Source of the DNA: Oscillospiraceae bacterium
Lineage (GTDB): Bacteria; Bacillota; Clostridia; Oscillospirales; Acutalibacteraceae
NCBI GenBank assembly: GCA_902796535.1
Contig: CADBPL010000018.1
Coordinates: forward strand, 1-57,902
Direction: 5' to 3'
DNA length: 57,902 bases
This document shows, in pieces, positions 15,352 to 23,038 of this stretch; the stretch's first letter is position 1; each line of letters opens with the position of its first letter. The notes under the pieces were generated by a model, which was given only the letters and a program-made list of their open reading frames with translations, had not been told where the DNA came from and did not search any database. The translations under genes and the position numbers were made by a program.

Positions 15352-15582
15352 TTATATAAAACCATAATAATAGACCCGGTCGAACTGTCAGAGATCCTCC
15401 CAAGCAGATATGTGAGTTTTCTGCTTTCAGAGAAATATGCTGAGAACAACACACTGCATCCGGAAGAGCCGTTTGTTTTTACCGCCGTACCGGGCGGAGA
15501 AATCAAGCTGAAGGCAAACGTGAAATTCGACGCGGGCGAAAAGACGTGGACGAGCAATTTAGCTTTTGATCAGGAGACATAA
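15352..15582 (+). pseudogene. Protein-like open frame without an ATG. It is a possible gene remnant or a small GTG-initiated ORF, and it is in frame with the glyQS stop codon.
   Basis: 76 sense codons follow the glyQS TGA in the same frame: ...VELSEILPSRYVSFLLSEKYAENNTLHPEEPFVFTAVPGGEIKLKANVKFDAGEKTWTSNLAFDQET, ending in TAA at 15580-15582. The only candidate start is the GTG at 15412 (56 aa), which has no clear RBS. A terminator hairpin follows directly. Confidence 0.2.
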
Positions 15583-15588
15583 AGAAAA

Positions 15589-15630
15589 CGCACTGTGCAG
15601 ATTTTCGATGATCCGCACAGTGCGTTTTTT
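15589..15630. terminator. Bidirectional rho-independent terminator between glyQS (with its downstream remnant) and spoVT.
   Basis: Stem CGCACTGTGC (15589-15598) / GCACAGTGCG (15615-15624). It is flanked by an A-run upstream and TTTTTT downstream, so it can function on both strands. Confidence 0.75.
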
Positions 15631-15644
15631 CAGGGAATACCGCA

Positions 15645-16184
15645 TTATTCTTCCATTTGACGCCCCAAAAAGTTGGCGGCGACCTGCACTAACTTCACGT
15701 CAGCCTGCGCGGTCTGCTCCCCGCTCTCATCGCTGAGCAGCACCACGGCGCCGGCCACGTCGCCCGCGGCAAGGATCGGCACGGCCACGGCCGCGTTTCG
15801 TTCCACGCCGGACGCCGGAACGAGTGGCGAAGCGCCGTGACTGAGCTGGTAGCTTTCGCGTCGTTCCATAATGTCCTCCAGCTCCTGCGTGAGCCGGCGG
15901 TCGAGCACCTCCTTTTTGGAAATGCCCGCGCAGGCGATCACTTTATCGCGGTCAAAAATCAGCACCGGCTGATTGGTGCTGCGGTGCAAAACCTCGGCAT
16001 ATTGCGCGGTCAGCGGCGACAGTTCCCCCACCGGAGAATATTTTTTAAAAATCACTTCGCCGTCAGCGGCGGTGTAAATCTCCAACGGGTCACCCTCCCG
16101 AATGCGCATGGTGCGCCGAATTTCCTTCGGGATCACCACGCGGCCGAGGTCATCGATTCTTCTGACGATTCCGGTTGCTTTCAT
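15645..16184 (-). CDS. spoVT: Stage V sporulation protein T (AbrB-family regulator with a GAF-like C-terminal domain).
   Basis: ORF 15645..16232. The start is the ATG at 16184 behind GGGAGAAG. MKATGIVRRIDDLGRVVIPKEIRRTMRIREGDPLEIYT is a SpoVT/AbrB swapped-hairpin domain. Length 179 aa. Confidence 0.85.
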   Translation of the reverse strand: MKATGIVRRIDDLGRVVIPKEIRRTMRIREGDPLEIYTAADGEVIFKKYSPVGELSPLTAQYAEVLHRSTNQPVLIFDRDKVIACAGISKKEVLDRRLTQELEDIMERRESYQLSHGASPLVPASGVERNAAVAVPILAAGDVAGAVVLLSDESGEQTAQADVKLVQVAANFLGRQMEE

Positions 16185-16219
16185 CTTTCTTCTCCCTTTG
16201 TACAAGATTGGTTCAGTGC

Positions 16220-16248
16220 TATTTTGCACCAAGAGCGTCGAATCATAC
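16220..16248 (-). promoter_or_regulatory. Possible forespore sigma-G/F-type promoter of spoVT.
   Basis: The minus strand reads GTATG (matches gHATR), a 17-nt spacer, then CAAAATA (compare CATnnTA). It lies about 35 nt upstream of the spoVT ATG. This is a motif match only. Confidence 0.3.
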
Positions 16249-16460
16249 GAAACAGGAATTGCTATTTTTTTGCAGCGTTGTCAATCAGCGCGCCACGAAT
16301 AAAGTTATCCATCATTTTTTAAAAAAATGAGCAATAAATCACAAATTTTTCTTCCTTTGTTCCAATGCGTTGTCAACCTTTTCTAAAATAAGCGTATAAT
16401 AACACTACATTGTTGAATAAACAACAAAAAACGAGTCCTTTGTAAAGTTGGTGATACTGT

Positions 16461-16703
16461 ATGATCAAAGACGAAAACAAGAACAACATTTGCGGTGAAA
16501 AAATCGCGAGGCTGCGCAAGCAGATGAAACCGAAGTGCAGCCAGAGGCAGTTGGCAGAAAAGCTTCAGATACTGAATCTTGATATAGATAAAAACGCGAT
16601 CCAGCGCATCGAGTGCGGCAAGCGCTTTGTAACCGACATTGAGATCATCGCTTTTTGCCGTGTTTTTAACATGAAGCCCAGTGAGTTTTTAAGCGACGAT
16701 TGA
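16461..16703 (+). CDS. XRE-family helix-turn-helix transcriptional regulator.
   Basis: 80 aa. GEKIARLRKQMKPKCSQRQLAEKLQILNLDIDKNAIQRIECGKR is a typical HTH_3 domain. Confidence 0.8.
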   Translation: MIKDENKNNICGEKIARLRKQMKPKCSQRQLAEKLQILNLDIDKNAIQRIECGKRFVTDIEIIAFCRVFNMKPSEFLSDD

Positions 16704-16709
16704 TCCCCT

Positions 16710-16748
16710 GCTCCGTTTTCGGGTTGCCGAAGGCGGAGCTTTTCTTTT
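16710..16748 (+). terminator. Rho-independent terminator after the XRE regulator gene.
   Basis: Outer stem GCTCCG (16710-16715) / CGGAGC (16734-16739), with an inner TTCGG/CCGAA pairing, followed by TTTTCTTTT. Confidence 0.65.
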
Positions 16749-16767
16749 GCGATCGGCTTGCAATCTT

Positions 16768-16795
16768 TTTATTTCGTGTTACAATAAAGATCGGT
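16768..16795 (+). promoter_or_regulatory. Sigma-A promoter upstream of the gene at 16905..17699.
   Basis: TTGCAA (16768-16773), a 16-nt spacer, then TGtTACAAT (hexamer 16790-16795). Confidence 0.45.
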
Positions 16796-16835
16796 ACTTC
16801 GCAAGGACGTCTTGCATAAAAAATGAGAAGGGAGC

Positions 16836-16892
16836 GCGATTCGGGCATAAATCGAAGAAGCTCTGTTTCTTTTTATGCGTAATCCGAATCGC
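16836..16892 (+). promoter_or_regulatory. Structured 5' leader element (a long imperfect hairpin) of unknown function.
   Basis: GCGATTCGG-GCATAA (16836-16850) pairs with TTATGC (16873-16878) and CCGAATCGC (16884-16892). No T-run follows. The hairpin ends 12 nt before the ATG at 16905. Confidence 0.3.
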
Positions 16893-16904
16893 TGAGCGAT
16901 TGAA

Positions 16905-17699
16905 ATGCCGAAAAATATGATTTTGCTTTGTGATTACGGTCTGGATGATGCAGCCGCCACCGCTTACGTGCTGCAAAATGCCGCGCGGTTTGACCGCATT
17001 GATATTCTGCCTATCGCGGGCAATATGCCGCTGGCCGTTTCCTTTGCCAACGCGCAGCGCATCCTCACCTATGCGGATTGCGACAGGAGCAAGGTTCGCC
17101 TGGTCGACACCTCCTCTATCCGGCAAAACGAGGAAACGCTTTTTCTGATCCACGGCAGCGACGGCATGGGCGATATTCTGCCCGCGGCGTATGAGCCGTT
17201 TTCCCCTATCCTCCCCTTTGACGATTGGCTGGAGCAGATCGAACCGGATTCCGTTCTGGTCAGTCTCGGCCCGTGCACCGTCACCCAAAAGATCCTCGAA
17301 AAAACCGGCGCCATGCCGCTGCTACTCATGGCGGGCAATATCAGCGAAAAGCCGAATTATCAGGGGTATGAATTCAATCACGGCATGGATAAAGCCGCCT
17401 TTGCCGCGTGTGTGAAATACCCGCACAAAATTGCGACGCTTGACACCTGCCATCATCCGAACTGTGATTTTTTCAAAATTGAAAACAACGGTTCGACCCT
17501 GCTGCATCGGTTCTGCCGGCAAAGCGCGGCGCTGTCAAAGAAACGCGGGGACAAGGGTGCGTTCATTTATGATCTGATCACGGTGCGTTATCTGTTTGAG
17601 CCGGAGCGCTTTGCATGCAACACGCTCACCGACCCGGACGGCAACCGGCTGAACGTGCTGGTTTATCGATCCGATGAAAAGATCATCGACCTTTCCTGA
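16905..17699 (+). CDS. Possible nucleoside hydrolase-like (IUNH-fold) protein. The call is weak.
   Basis: 264 aa. The N-terminal ILLCDYGLDDAAATAYVL resembles the DxDxxxDD aspartate cluster of inosine-uridine nucleoside hydrolases. The protein is shorter than typical family members. Confidence 0.4.
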   Translation: MPKNMILLCDYGLDDAAATAYVLQNAARFDRIDILPIAGNMPLAVSFANAQRILTYADCDRSKVRLVDTSSIRQNEETLFLIHGSDGMGDILPAAYEPFSPILPFDDWLEQIEPDSVLVSLGPCTVTQKILEKTGAMPLLLMAGNISEKPNYQGYEFNHGMDKAAFAACVKYPHKIATLDTCHHPNCDFFKIENNGSTLLHRFCRQSAALSKKRGDKGAFIYDLITVRYLFEPERFACNTLTDPDGNRLNVLVYRSDEKIIDLS

Positions 17700-17715
17700 C
17701 GGGCAAAGCGAAAGT

Positions 17716-17750
17716 CCGCCGTCACTTCAGCTGTGGCGGCGGGCTTTTTT
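17716..17750 (+). terminator. Rho-independent terminator after the gene at 16905..17699.
   Basis: Stem CCGCCGTCAC (17716-17725) / GTGGCGGCGG (17733-17742) with one mismatch, followed by GCTTTTTT. Confidence 0.65.
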
Positions 17751-17758
17751 CGGTCGTT

Positions 17759-19363
17759 TTATTTGGGCAGATTCTCATAGAGCGCATAAAACGCTGTGGT
17801 GAATTCGGACCCGGCGACGGGGCCGGCGGAAACGATCTCTTCGTTTTCACAAAGGAAGGAGTGCCAGCTGTTGTCGGTCAGCATATAGCCGGTCTGGTCG
17901 TTAGTCAGGCCGAACACAAGCAGCTTCTTATCCTTTATCGTTTCCTGGAAGGCGGGATAATCCCAGGTGGTTCCCGTCCAGGAATCCTCTGCGCTCATGG
18001 CGCCGCCATAGGCGATCTCCGGCGCAAGCTCGCCGGGCGCGATCACGGCAGCGACGCGGTTGCCGAATTCCACATAGCCCACTTCGCTGACGATCTTGAA
18101 CTTGAACAGACCGGAGTGGACGACGTTGACGGTGAGCAGCCCGCACTTGGCAATGAGCAGCAAAACGTTGTTCTTGGTGGTGATCATGTAGGGCTGGGAC
18201 GCATATTTGAGGGAGGGCTCCAGCTCTTCCTCTTCGGTGATCGCGCAGGCTTTTTTGCCAAGCTCCGCACCGAAAACCGCTAAGCGCGCATAGCCTTCAT
18301 CGTCAACCTCTTTGAGCAGCTCGGGGTCGAGCGGCAGGCCTTCAATCGGCGAATAATCCGAGGTGATGGCAAGCTCCGCGCCCTCGATCATCACAAAATC
18401 GGCGTTGGCGTTTTCGTTGATGTATTTTTCCATGTAATACGGGAAATCGCCCGTGACCCGACGCCCGCCGGCGCCTAAGCCCACGCAGTGGATCGCCAGA
18501 TTGACCAGCCAGGTCTCTCTGCCGCCGCCGTCCGGCACAAAGCGCAGGCGGTTGAGGTTGCCGTCGATCACCTGCGGGTCGCGCTTATCGCGGATGAAAT
18601 TGGCAATATCGATGTTGCCGTAATACAGCTTGCCCGGCTTCATGCTGCCGACGGCTTCTTTAACGGCTTCCTGCACAGCGGTGTAAAGATGCTGCATGAA
18701 CGCTTCATTCTGGCCGTTCGGGTTTTTGATGCCGAGCAGGTTGCGCACGCCGCCGAACAGAATGGCGGGGATCAGATCGCCGTTCATGCCGTAGGTGTCG
18801 ACGCAGCTGTGCTGGTGCAAAGCGGAAATATTGATGGATTTGATGTTGTTTGCCGCAGCAAAATCGGCGAGCATATCGCGGATCTTCTGCACCTCGGTGC
18901 TGGCAATGCCGAACGCGTCGAGGCTGGCAAAAACGGTGACGCCGCTGCCGTCGCTCATGGCAATGGCGCGCACGCGCTGATCGTCGAGCACCTGTGTGGC
19001 GAGCTTTTTCTCACCCACGGCAAGGCTGCCGCCGACATAGCAATCGGTGGTCAGCTCATCGCCGGTCTGCAGGGAACGGCTGCCGTAGCCAACCGACCAG
19101 GCGGACGCCGCCGGGGACGTTTTTTGGAAACCGTAGGACTTGACCGAAAAATCGTGTTCATTGCGATACTGCTTTTCGGTTTGCCAGCCGCGGGGCGTCG
19201 GGATGATGGCTGCGATGGCGCCGGCCAGTCCCTGAATCGCCTTTTCACCGATCTGGTAAAGGAGCTTCTCAGCCGGCTTGTAGTCTTCCGCAACCGCGGT
19301 GAACGTGCCGCCGGTAAGCAGAAGAGAAACACAAAGAAGAAGCGCGATCAGTCTTTTTTTCAT
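17759..19363 (-). CDS. Secreted neutral/alkaline ceramidase-like hydrolase, paralog of the gene at 985..2772.
   Basis: 534 aa. Signal peptide MKKRLIALLLCVSLLLTGGTFTAVA. It shares DDQRVRAIAMSDGSG, ISALHQHSCVDTYG, LRFVP...AIHCV, EVGYVEFGNRVAAVIAPGELAPE and GLTNDQTGYML with the 985..2772 product. Confidence 0.5.
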   Translation of the reverse strand: MKKRLIALLLCVSLLLTGGTFTAVAEDYKPAEKLLYQIGEKAIQGLAGAIAAIIPTPRGWQTEKQYRNEHDFSVKSYGFQKTSPAASAWSVGYGSRSLQTGDELTTDCYVGGSLAVGEKKLATQVLDDQRVRAIAMSDGSGVTVFASLDAFGIASTEVQKIRDMLADFAAANNIKSINISALHQHSCVDTYGMNGDLIPAILFGGVRNLLGIKNPNGQNEAFMQHLYTAVQEAVKEAVGSMKPGKLYYGNIDIANFIRDKRDPQVIDGNLNRLRFVPDGGGRETWLVNLAIHCVGLGAGGRRVTGDFPYYMEKYINENANADFVMIEGAELAITSDYSPIEGLPLDPELLKEVDDEGYARLAVFGAELGKKACAITEEEELEPSLKYASQPYMITTKNNVLLLIAKCGLLTVNVVHSGLFKFKIVSEVGYVEFGNRVAAVIAPGELAPEIAYGGAMSAEDSWTGTTWDYPAFQETIKDKKLLVFGLTNDQTGYMLTDNSWHSFLCENEEIVSAGPVAGSEFTTAFYALYENLPK

Positions 19364-19383
19364 GTTTTTTATTCCTTTCTGGT

Positions 19384-20697
19384 TTATTTTACATCAAATT
19401 CCATGTGGATCGGGTTGCTTTGAACGCCCCAGACGTCTTCCGCCACGATCGCCGCAACATAGCGGCCGGACGCGGTCGGTTTGTCAACGGTGAAATAGGC
19501 GGTGTCGGGCGGATAGGCGCGGTAATTGTCGGCCAGCACCTTGTCCTGGTGAACGATGTTGTTGTTCATATCGGCCACAACGATGCGGTAGAGGAACACT
19601 TCATCATCCTGAGCCGTTTTGGCCTGCGGCACGATGAAGCAATAACCGCCTGCGATTCGCTGCATGGTCATTTCCGCGCCTTCCTCAAAGGCGGGCGGAT
19701 TTTTCGCAGCGGCAGCGGCGCGAAGCTCATGCGAATATTTGCCCGGCTCGTTTTGATTATCGATCAGGTATTCCCGGATGAAGCACGCGTCGGTCACGTC
19801 ATAAACGCGCACAAGAACGCGGTTGTTTGCGTCCACTTCAATAAACAGCGCCTGCGCCATCTTGCGGCTGTCGCTTGGGTGAACCACTCTTTCCTCGTCA
19901 ACGGTCAGTTCATAATAGGCCATGCCGCCGTCGTTGATCGCCGTGAATTCGCCCTGCCAGATGGAGCGCGGATCGTCGGCCGGATAATGCGAATGGCCGG
20001 AAATGTGAATGGCCTGCGGATATTTTTTGAGCACGTCGGTGAAGTTGGTCATGCCCCACCCGTCAAACTCTGAGCTGCCGAATACGGTGTCGCGCACGTG
20101 TTCATGCTGAAAGACAAAAATCGGCTTGTTGCTGCCGTCACGCGCGGCGGCAGCCAGCTGCTCGTCAAGCCATTGAACCTGCGCGGCGGTGTAGTGCTCT
20201 TCTGCCGAAGCGGAGGAAGAAATGCCGATAAAGTGGAAGCCGTTGATCACCTCATGGTAATCGGTTTCGGCCTGACCGGTGACGGATTTGAAATATTCCA
20301 GCGCGTTTGCAGGGCCTTTTGCATTGGAGTCGTGCGACCGGGCCACCACGCAAAGGCGCTTGGTGTCGCCCTTCAGGTTGGCCTGCGTATAGGCGGCAAA
20401 CGCCTGATACTGGAATGAACGGCCGCGGTCGGTCAGATCGCCGTTGAAGGTAAACGCGTCGATCCGGTCATAATCCTTGTCGCTCGCAGCGATCTGATAA
20501 GCGGATCTCATCAGCTTGGCAATGCGGATGCAGGCTTTATCGCCGTAGGTTTTCACGTGGGTGTCGCTTGTGGCCACAAAGCGCATTACGGGCACAAAAT
20601 CGTCCTGAACCGCTTTGGGTTTGCCGGTGCCGACGAAGCCGCTGAAGAAAGCGGAGAGCGCTATGAGCACAGACATGAGGACGGACAGAAAATTCAT
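19384..20697 (-). CDS. Membrane-anchored or secreted calcineurin-like metallophosphoesterase with a C-terminal beta-sandwich-like domain.
   Basis: ORF 19384..20874. The preferred start is the ATG at 20697 (MNFLSVLMSVLIALSAFFSGFVG) behind GAAAGGTG. Phosphoesterase motifs SDTH, NGDLTDRG, ARSHD, FQHEH and GHSHYP. The stop lies 20 nt before the ceramidase-like gene. Confidence 0.75.
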   Translation of the reverse strand: MNFLSVLMSVLIALSAFFSGFVGTGKPKAVQDDFVPVMRFVATSDTHVKTYGDKACIRIAKLMRSAYQIAASDKDYDRIDAFTFNGDLTDRGRSFQYQAFAAYTQANLKGDTKRLCVVARSHDSNAKGPANALEYFKSVTGQAETDYHEVINGFHFIGISSSASAEEHYTAAQVQWLDEQLAAAARDGSNKPIFVFQHEHVRDTVFGSSEFDGWGMTNFTDVLKKYPQAIHISGHSHYPADDPRSIWQGEFTAINDGGMAYYELTVDEERVVHPSDSRKMAQALFIEVDANNRVLVRVYDVTDACFIREYLIDNQNEPGKYSHELRAAAAAKNPPAFEEGAEMTMQRIAGGYCFIVPQAKTAQDDEVFLYRIVVADMNNNIVHQDKVLADNYRAYPPDTAYFTVDKPTASGRYVAAIVAEDVWGVQSNPIHMEFDVK

Positions 20698-20779
20698 AGA
20701 ATCACACCTTTCACTGACTGATACCAGTATAAAACAAATTTTAAAAAAAGTAAATAATGTTTTCGCAAAATAGAGCAGG

Positions 20780-20807
20780 TTGAAAAAATGGATTCCTGTG
20801 GTATAAT
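20780..20807 (+). promoter_or_regulatory. Sigma-A promoter of the PPTase gene.
   Basis: TTGAAA (20780-20785), a 16-nt spacer, then TGgTATAAT (hexamer 20802-20807). Confidence 0.5.
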
Positions 20808-20836
20808 GTTGACAGAAAACGGAAAGGAGCCGCGTG

Positions 20837-21460
20837 ATGACGCAGATTTTTGTGCTGCCGCTGACCGAAGCCAAAAAGCTTAGCGAAGCCGTTCTGGCCC
20901 GCTTCCCGCTTCGGCGCGCGCGCGCGGAACGGATCAGAAGCCGTGACGGTCAATTGCACTGCCTCGGCGCAGGGGCGCTGCTCGGTCAGGTGCTGCACCT
21001 TGACGAAGAAAAAATTGAGATCGACCGGTTCGGCAAGCCCTATGCGCCGCAGCTCGAGCGGCAGTTCAACCTTTCTCACAGCGGCGGCTATGTTGTTTTG
21101 GCGGTGAGCGAGGGCGCCGTCGGCGTTGACGTGCAGCAGCTCGGCTCGGTGCGCAGCGGGGTCGCACGGCGCTGCTTCACCGCCGACGAACAGGCGTGGG
21201 CGGCGCAGAATGAGGAACGCTTTTTCACGGTCTGGACGTTGAAAGAAAGTGTGGTCAAGGCCGTCGGGCTTGGGCTGCGATTAAAGCTGAGCAGCTTTTC
21301 GGTGCTGCCGCTGCTTCACGCAGACAGCATCACCGTGGAGGGCGTGACTCTTTACGGTCAAACGCTTTCCCTGCCGGGTCACGCGCTTTCGGTCGTCAGC
21401 GCGCAGCCGTTCGACAGCGCGGCGGAGCCGATTTTTGTAACGGCGGAAGAACTGGAATGA
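20837..21460 (+). CDS. Sfp-type 4'-phosphopantetheinyl transferase.
   Basis: About 207 aa. Motifs FGKPY, FNLSHSGGYVVLAV and FFTVWTLKESVVKAVG (W/FxxKES). RBS GGAAAGGAG lies 7 nt before the ATG at 20837; an alternative GTG is at 20834. Confidence 0.8.
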   Translation: MTQIFVLPLTEAKKLSEAVLARFPLRRARAERIRSRDGQLHCLGAGALLGQVLHLDEEKIEIDRFGKPYAPQLERQFNLSHSGGYVVLAVSEGAVGVDVQQLGSVRSGVARRCFTADEQAWAAQNEERFFTVWTLKESVVKAVGLGLRLKLSSFSVLPLLHADSITVEGVTLYGQTLSLPGHALSVVSAQPFDSAAEPIFVTAEELE

Positions 21461-21488
21461 TTCCCCGTAATACGGTGTTTTCTTTCAT

Positions 21489-21547
21489 CCGAACCAAAGG
21501 GGCGCGCAAATCAGAAAGCTGATCTGCACGCCCGGGCGGTTCGGTTT
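21489..21547 (+). terminator. Long hairpin terminator between the convergent PPTase and lipase genes.
   Basis: Outer stem CCGAACC (21489-21495) / GGTTCGG (21537-21543). Inner pairing GGCGCGCAaATCAG / CTGATcTGCaCGCC. It is followed by TTTTATTATTT. Confidence 0.55.
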
Positions 21548-21549
21548 TA

Positions 21550-23022
21550 TTATTTCAAGGGGGTGAGCATATGGGTCTGATAGCTGTAATCCATGAACTG
21601 CGGGAATTCGGGGTTGTCAAACACCGTCGCCTGCTCCGTGCGGGTGGTCAGCCAGTAGACCAGCGCGCAGCTGTTGCCTTCATATTCATAATTGAAGTGC
21701 TCAAAATGCTTGATGATCCAGGTGCACTCCGGGAACATGGCGGTGGAAACGTCAACAATGCCGTCGCCTGAAAGGTGGTTGTGTCCGCAGTCGACCGCCT
21801 GCTTATAATCGCTGCCGAGCGTAGCGCCGTGTTTGGCAAAGGTGGCAAAGCCGGAGGTGTTGCAGGAATCGATGATGCCGTCGCTCTGGTTGTCGCTGTT
21901 TTCGTAGACCGGCGCGCTCTGGCGGCCGTAGCAGGAAATGATGGCAAAGTTGACGCCCTTTTCCTGAATGCCCTTGTAGATTTCTTCCACGTGGCTGCCG
22001 ACTTGTTCAAAGTAGCGGTCGGTAAGCTTGGTGATGGCGTTTTCTTCACCGTGATACAGGAACTGTTTGGCCTCCTGATATTTTGCGGCGGGGATCAGCT
22101 CCAGAATGCCGGGCATCCGGCCGAAGGATTCAACAAAGGTTTCGGCAAACACGCGGTCTTTGGTGGCTTCTACCATCGTGTCGCCAAAGCGGAACAGCGG
22201 CGCCATCAGGCGCGTTTTGAGCAGAATGCCGAACAGCTTGTTGATTTTTTCTTCCTTTGCGGTGTCGTGACCGGCCATGACCTGCGCCAGAATGCGGTAG
22301 ACCGCAGCTTCTTTAAAGCAGACGCGGCCGCAGAACACGTCGCCCAACAGCGAAAGCCCGGTGAACGCCGGAGAAACCAGGGTGACGTTTTCCAGTGAAT
22401 CGCAGCCGAACTGAGCCAGATAGCAGTTGGTGACCACGCTGCCCATGCTGACCGAAACAAAATCGACCTTATCGCAGTGGTGATCCGCCTTGACTTGTTC
22501 GACGAATGTGTTCAATTCCTGCGCGACCTGATACAGATCCTGCCGCCAGTCGTAAATGAACAGATACATATTGTCCGCGCCGACCTTATCCGCCAGATAC
22601 TGCCCCAGATCGCGGCCGGCCTCGTTCAAAAAGCTGCTGCTGTGGTTTTCGGCATAGGAACCGCTCATGGTGTCGGTGGTGACGTCGTAGAGCGTTTTGC
22701 CCAGCTCGGTGTAACGAACCGGCTCAAACACTTCGTTGACCAGCGGCAGAACCGCATCCATGAATTTATCCCAGTTGCGGGTGAACATAACGCTGATGGT
22801 CGGCCAGATCAGCTGAGGGATCTTGGAGGTGATCGCCTCGGCCGGCGGCGCCCAGACCACGGTTTCTTGATCGGTGCCCTGATCCTTCACCAGCGGCACG
22901 GCGTTCATGCCGGTGACCATGATGATGGGCGTGACCTTGCTTTCGGCAAAGCAAGGCGCCAAAAAGGCGACTGCCAACAGCAGAGCCAGACAGAGCGACG
23001 CGATTCTTTTGGAGGTTTGCAT
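21550..23022 (-). CDS. Secreted alpha/beta-hydrolase (lipase/esterase, LCAT/PGAP1-like).
   Basis: ORF to 23031 (GTG). The preferred start is the ATG at 23022 (MQTSKRIASLCLALLLAVAFLAPCFA) behind GAAAGGG. Nucleophile-elbow-like FVSVSMGSVV. The start is 17 nt downstream of the rsgA stop. Confidence 0.5.
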   Translation of the reverse strand: MQTSKRIASLCLALLLAVAFLAPCFAESKVTPIIMVTGMNAVPLVKDQGTDQETVVWAPPAEAITSKIPQLIWPTISVMFTRNWDKFMDAVLPLVNEVFEPVRYTELGKTLYDVTTDTMSGSYAENHSSSFLNEAGRDLGQYLADKVGADNMYLFIYDWRQDLYQVAQELNTFVEQVKADHHCDKVDFVSVSMGSVVTNCYLAQFGCDSLENVTLVSPAFTGLSLLGDVFCGRVCFKEAAVYRILAQVMAGHDTAKEEKINKLFGILLKTRLMAPLFRFGDTMVEATKDRVFAETFVESFGRMPGILELIPAAKYQEAKQFLYHGEENAITKLTDRYFEQVGSHVEEIYKGIQEKGVNFAIISCYGRQSAPVYENSDNQSDGIIDSCNTSGFATFAKHGATLGSDYKQAVDCGHNHLSGDGIVDVSTAMFPECTWIIKHFEHFNYEYEGNSCALVYWLTTRTEQATVFDNPEFPQFMDYSYQTHMLTPLK

Positions 23023-23038
23023 GTGAAACACCCTTTCT

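Noticed and set aside
20837-21460. Taking the PPTase as evidence for an NRPS/PKS or RiPP biosynthetic cluster in this window.
   Set aside because: No carrier-protein, condensation, ketosynthase or adenylation domain genes are present within the 57 kb. The only radical-SAM genes here are the housekeeping rlmN and nrdG.
21489-21547. The CGCCCGGGCG palindrome and long hairpin between the PPTase and lipase genes as a possible protein-binding or recombination site.
   Set aside because: It is fully explained as an intrinsic terminator between convergent genes (a GC-rich stem followed by a T-run). The motif is not repeated elsewhere in the window.
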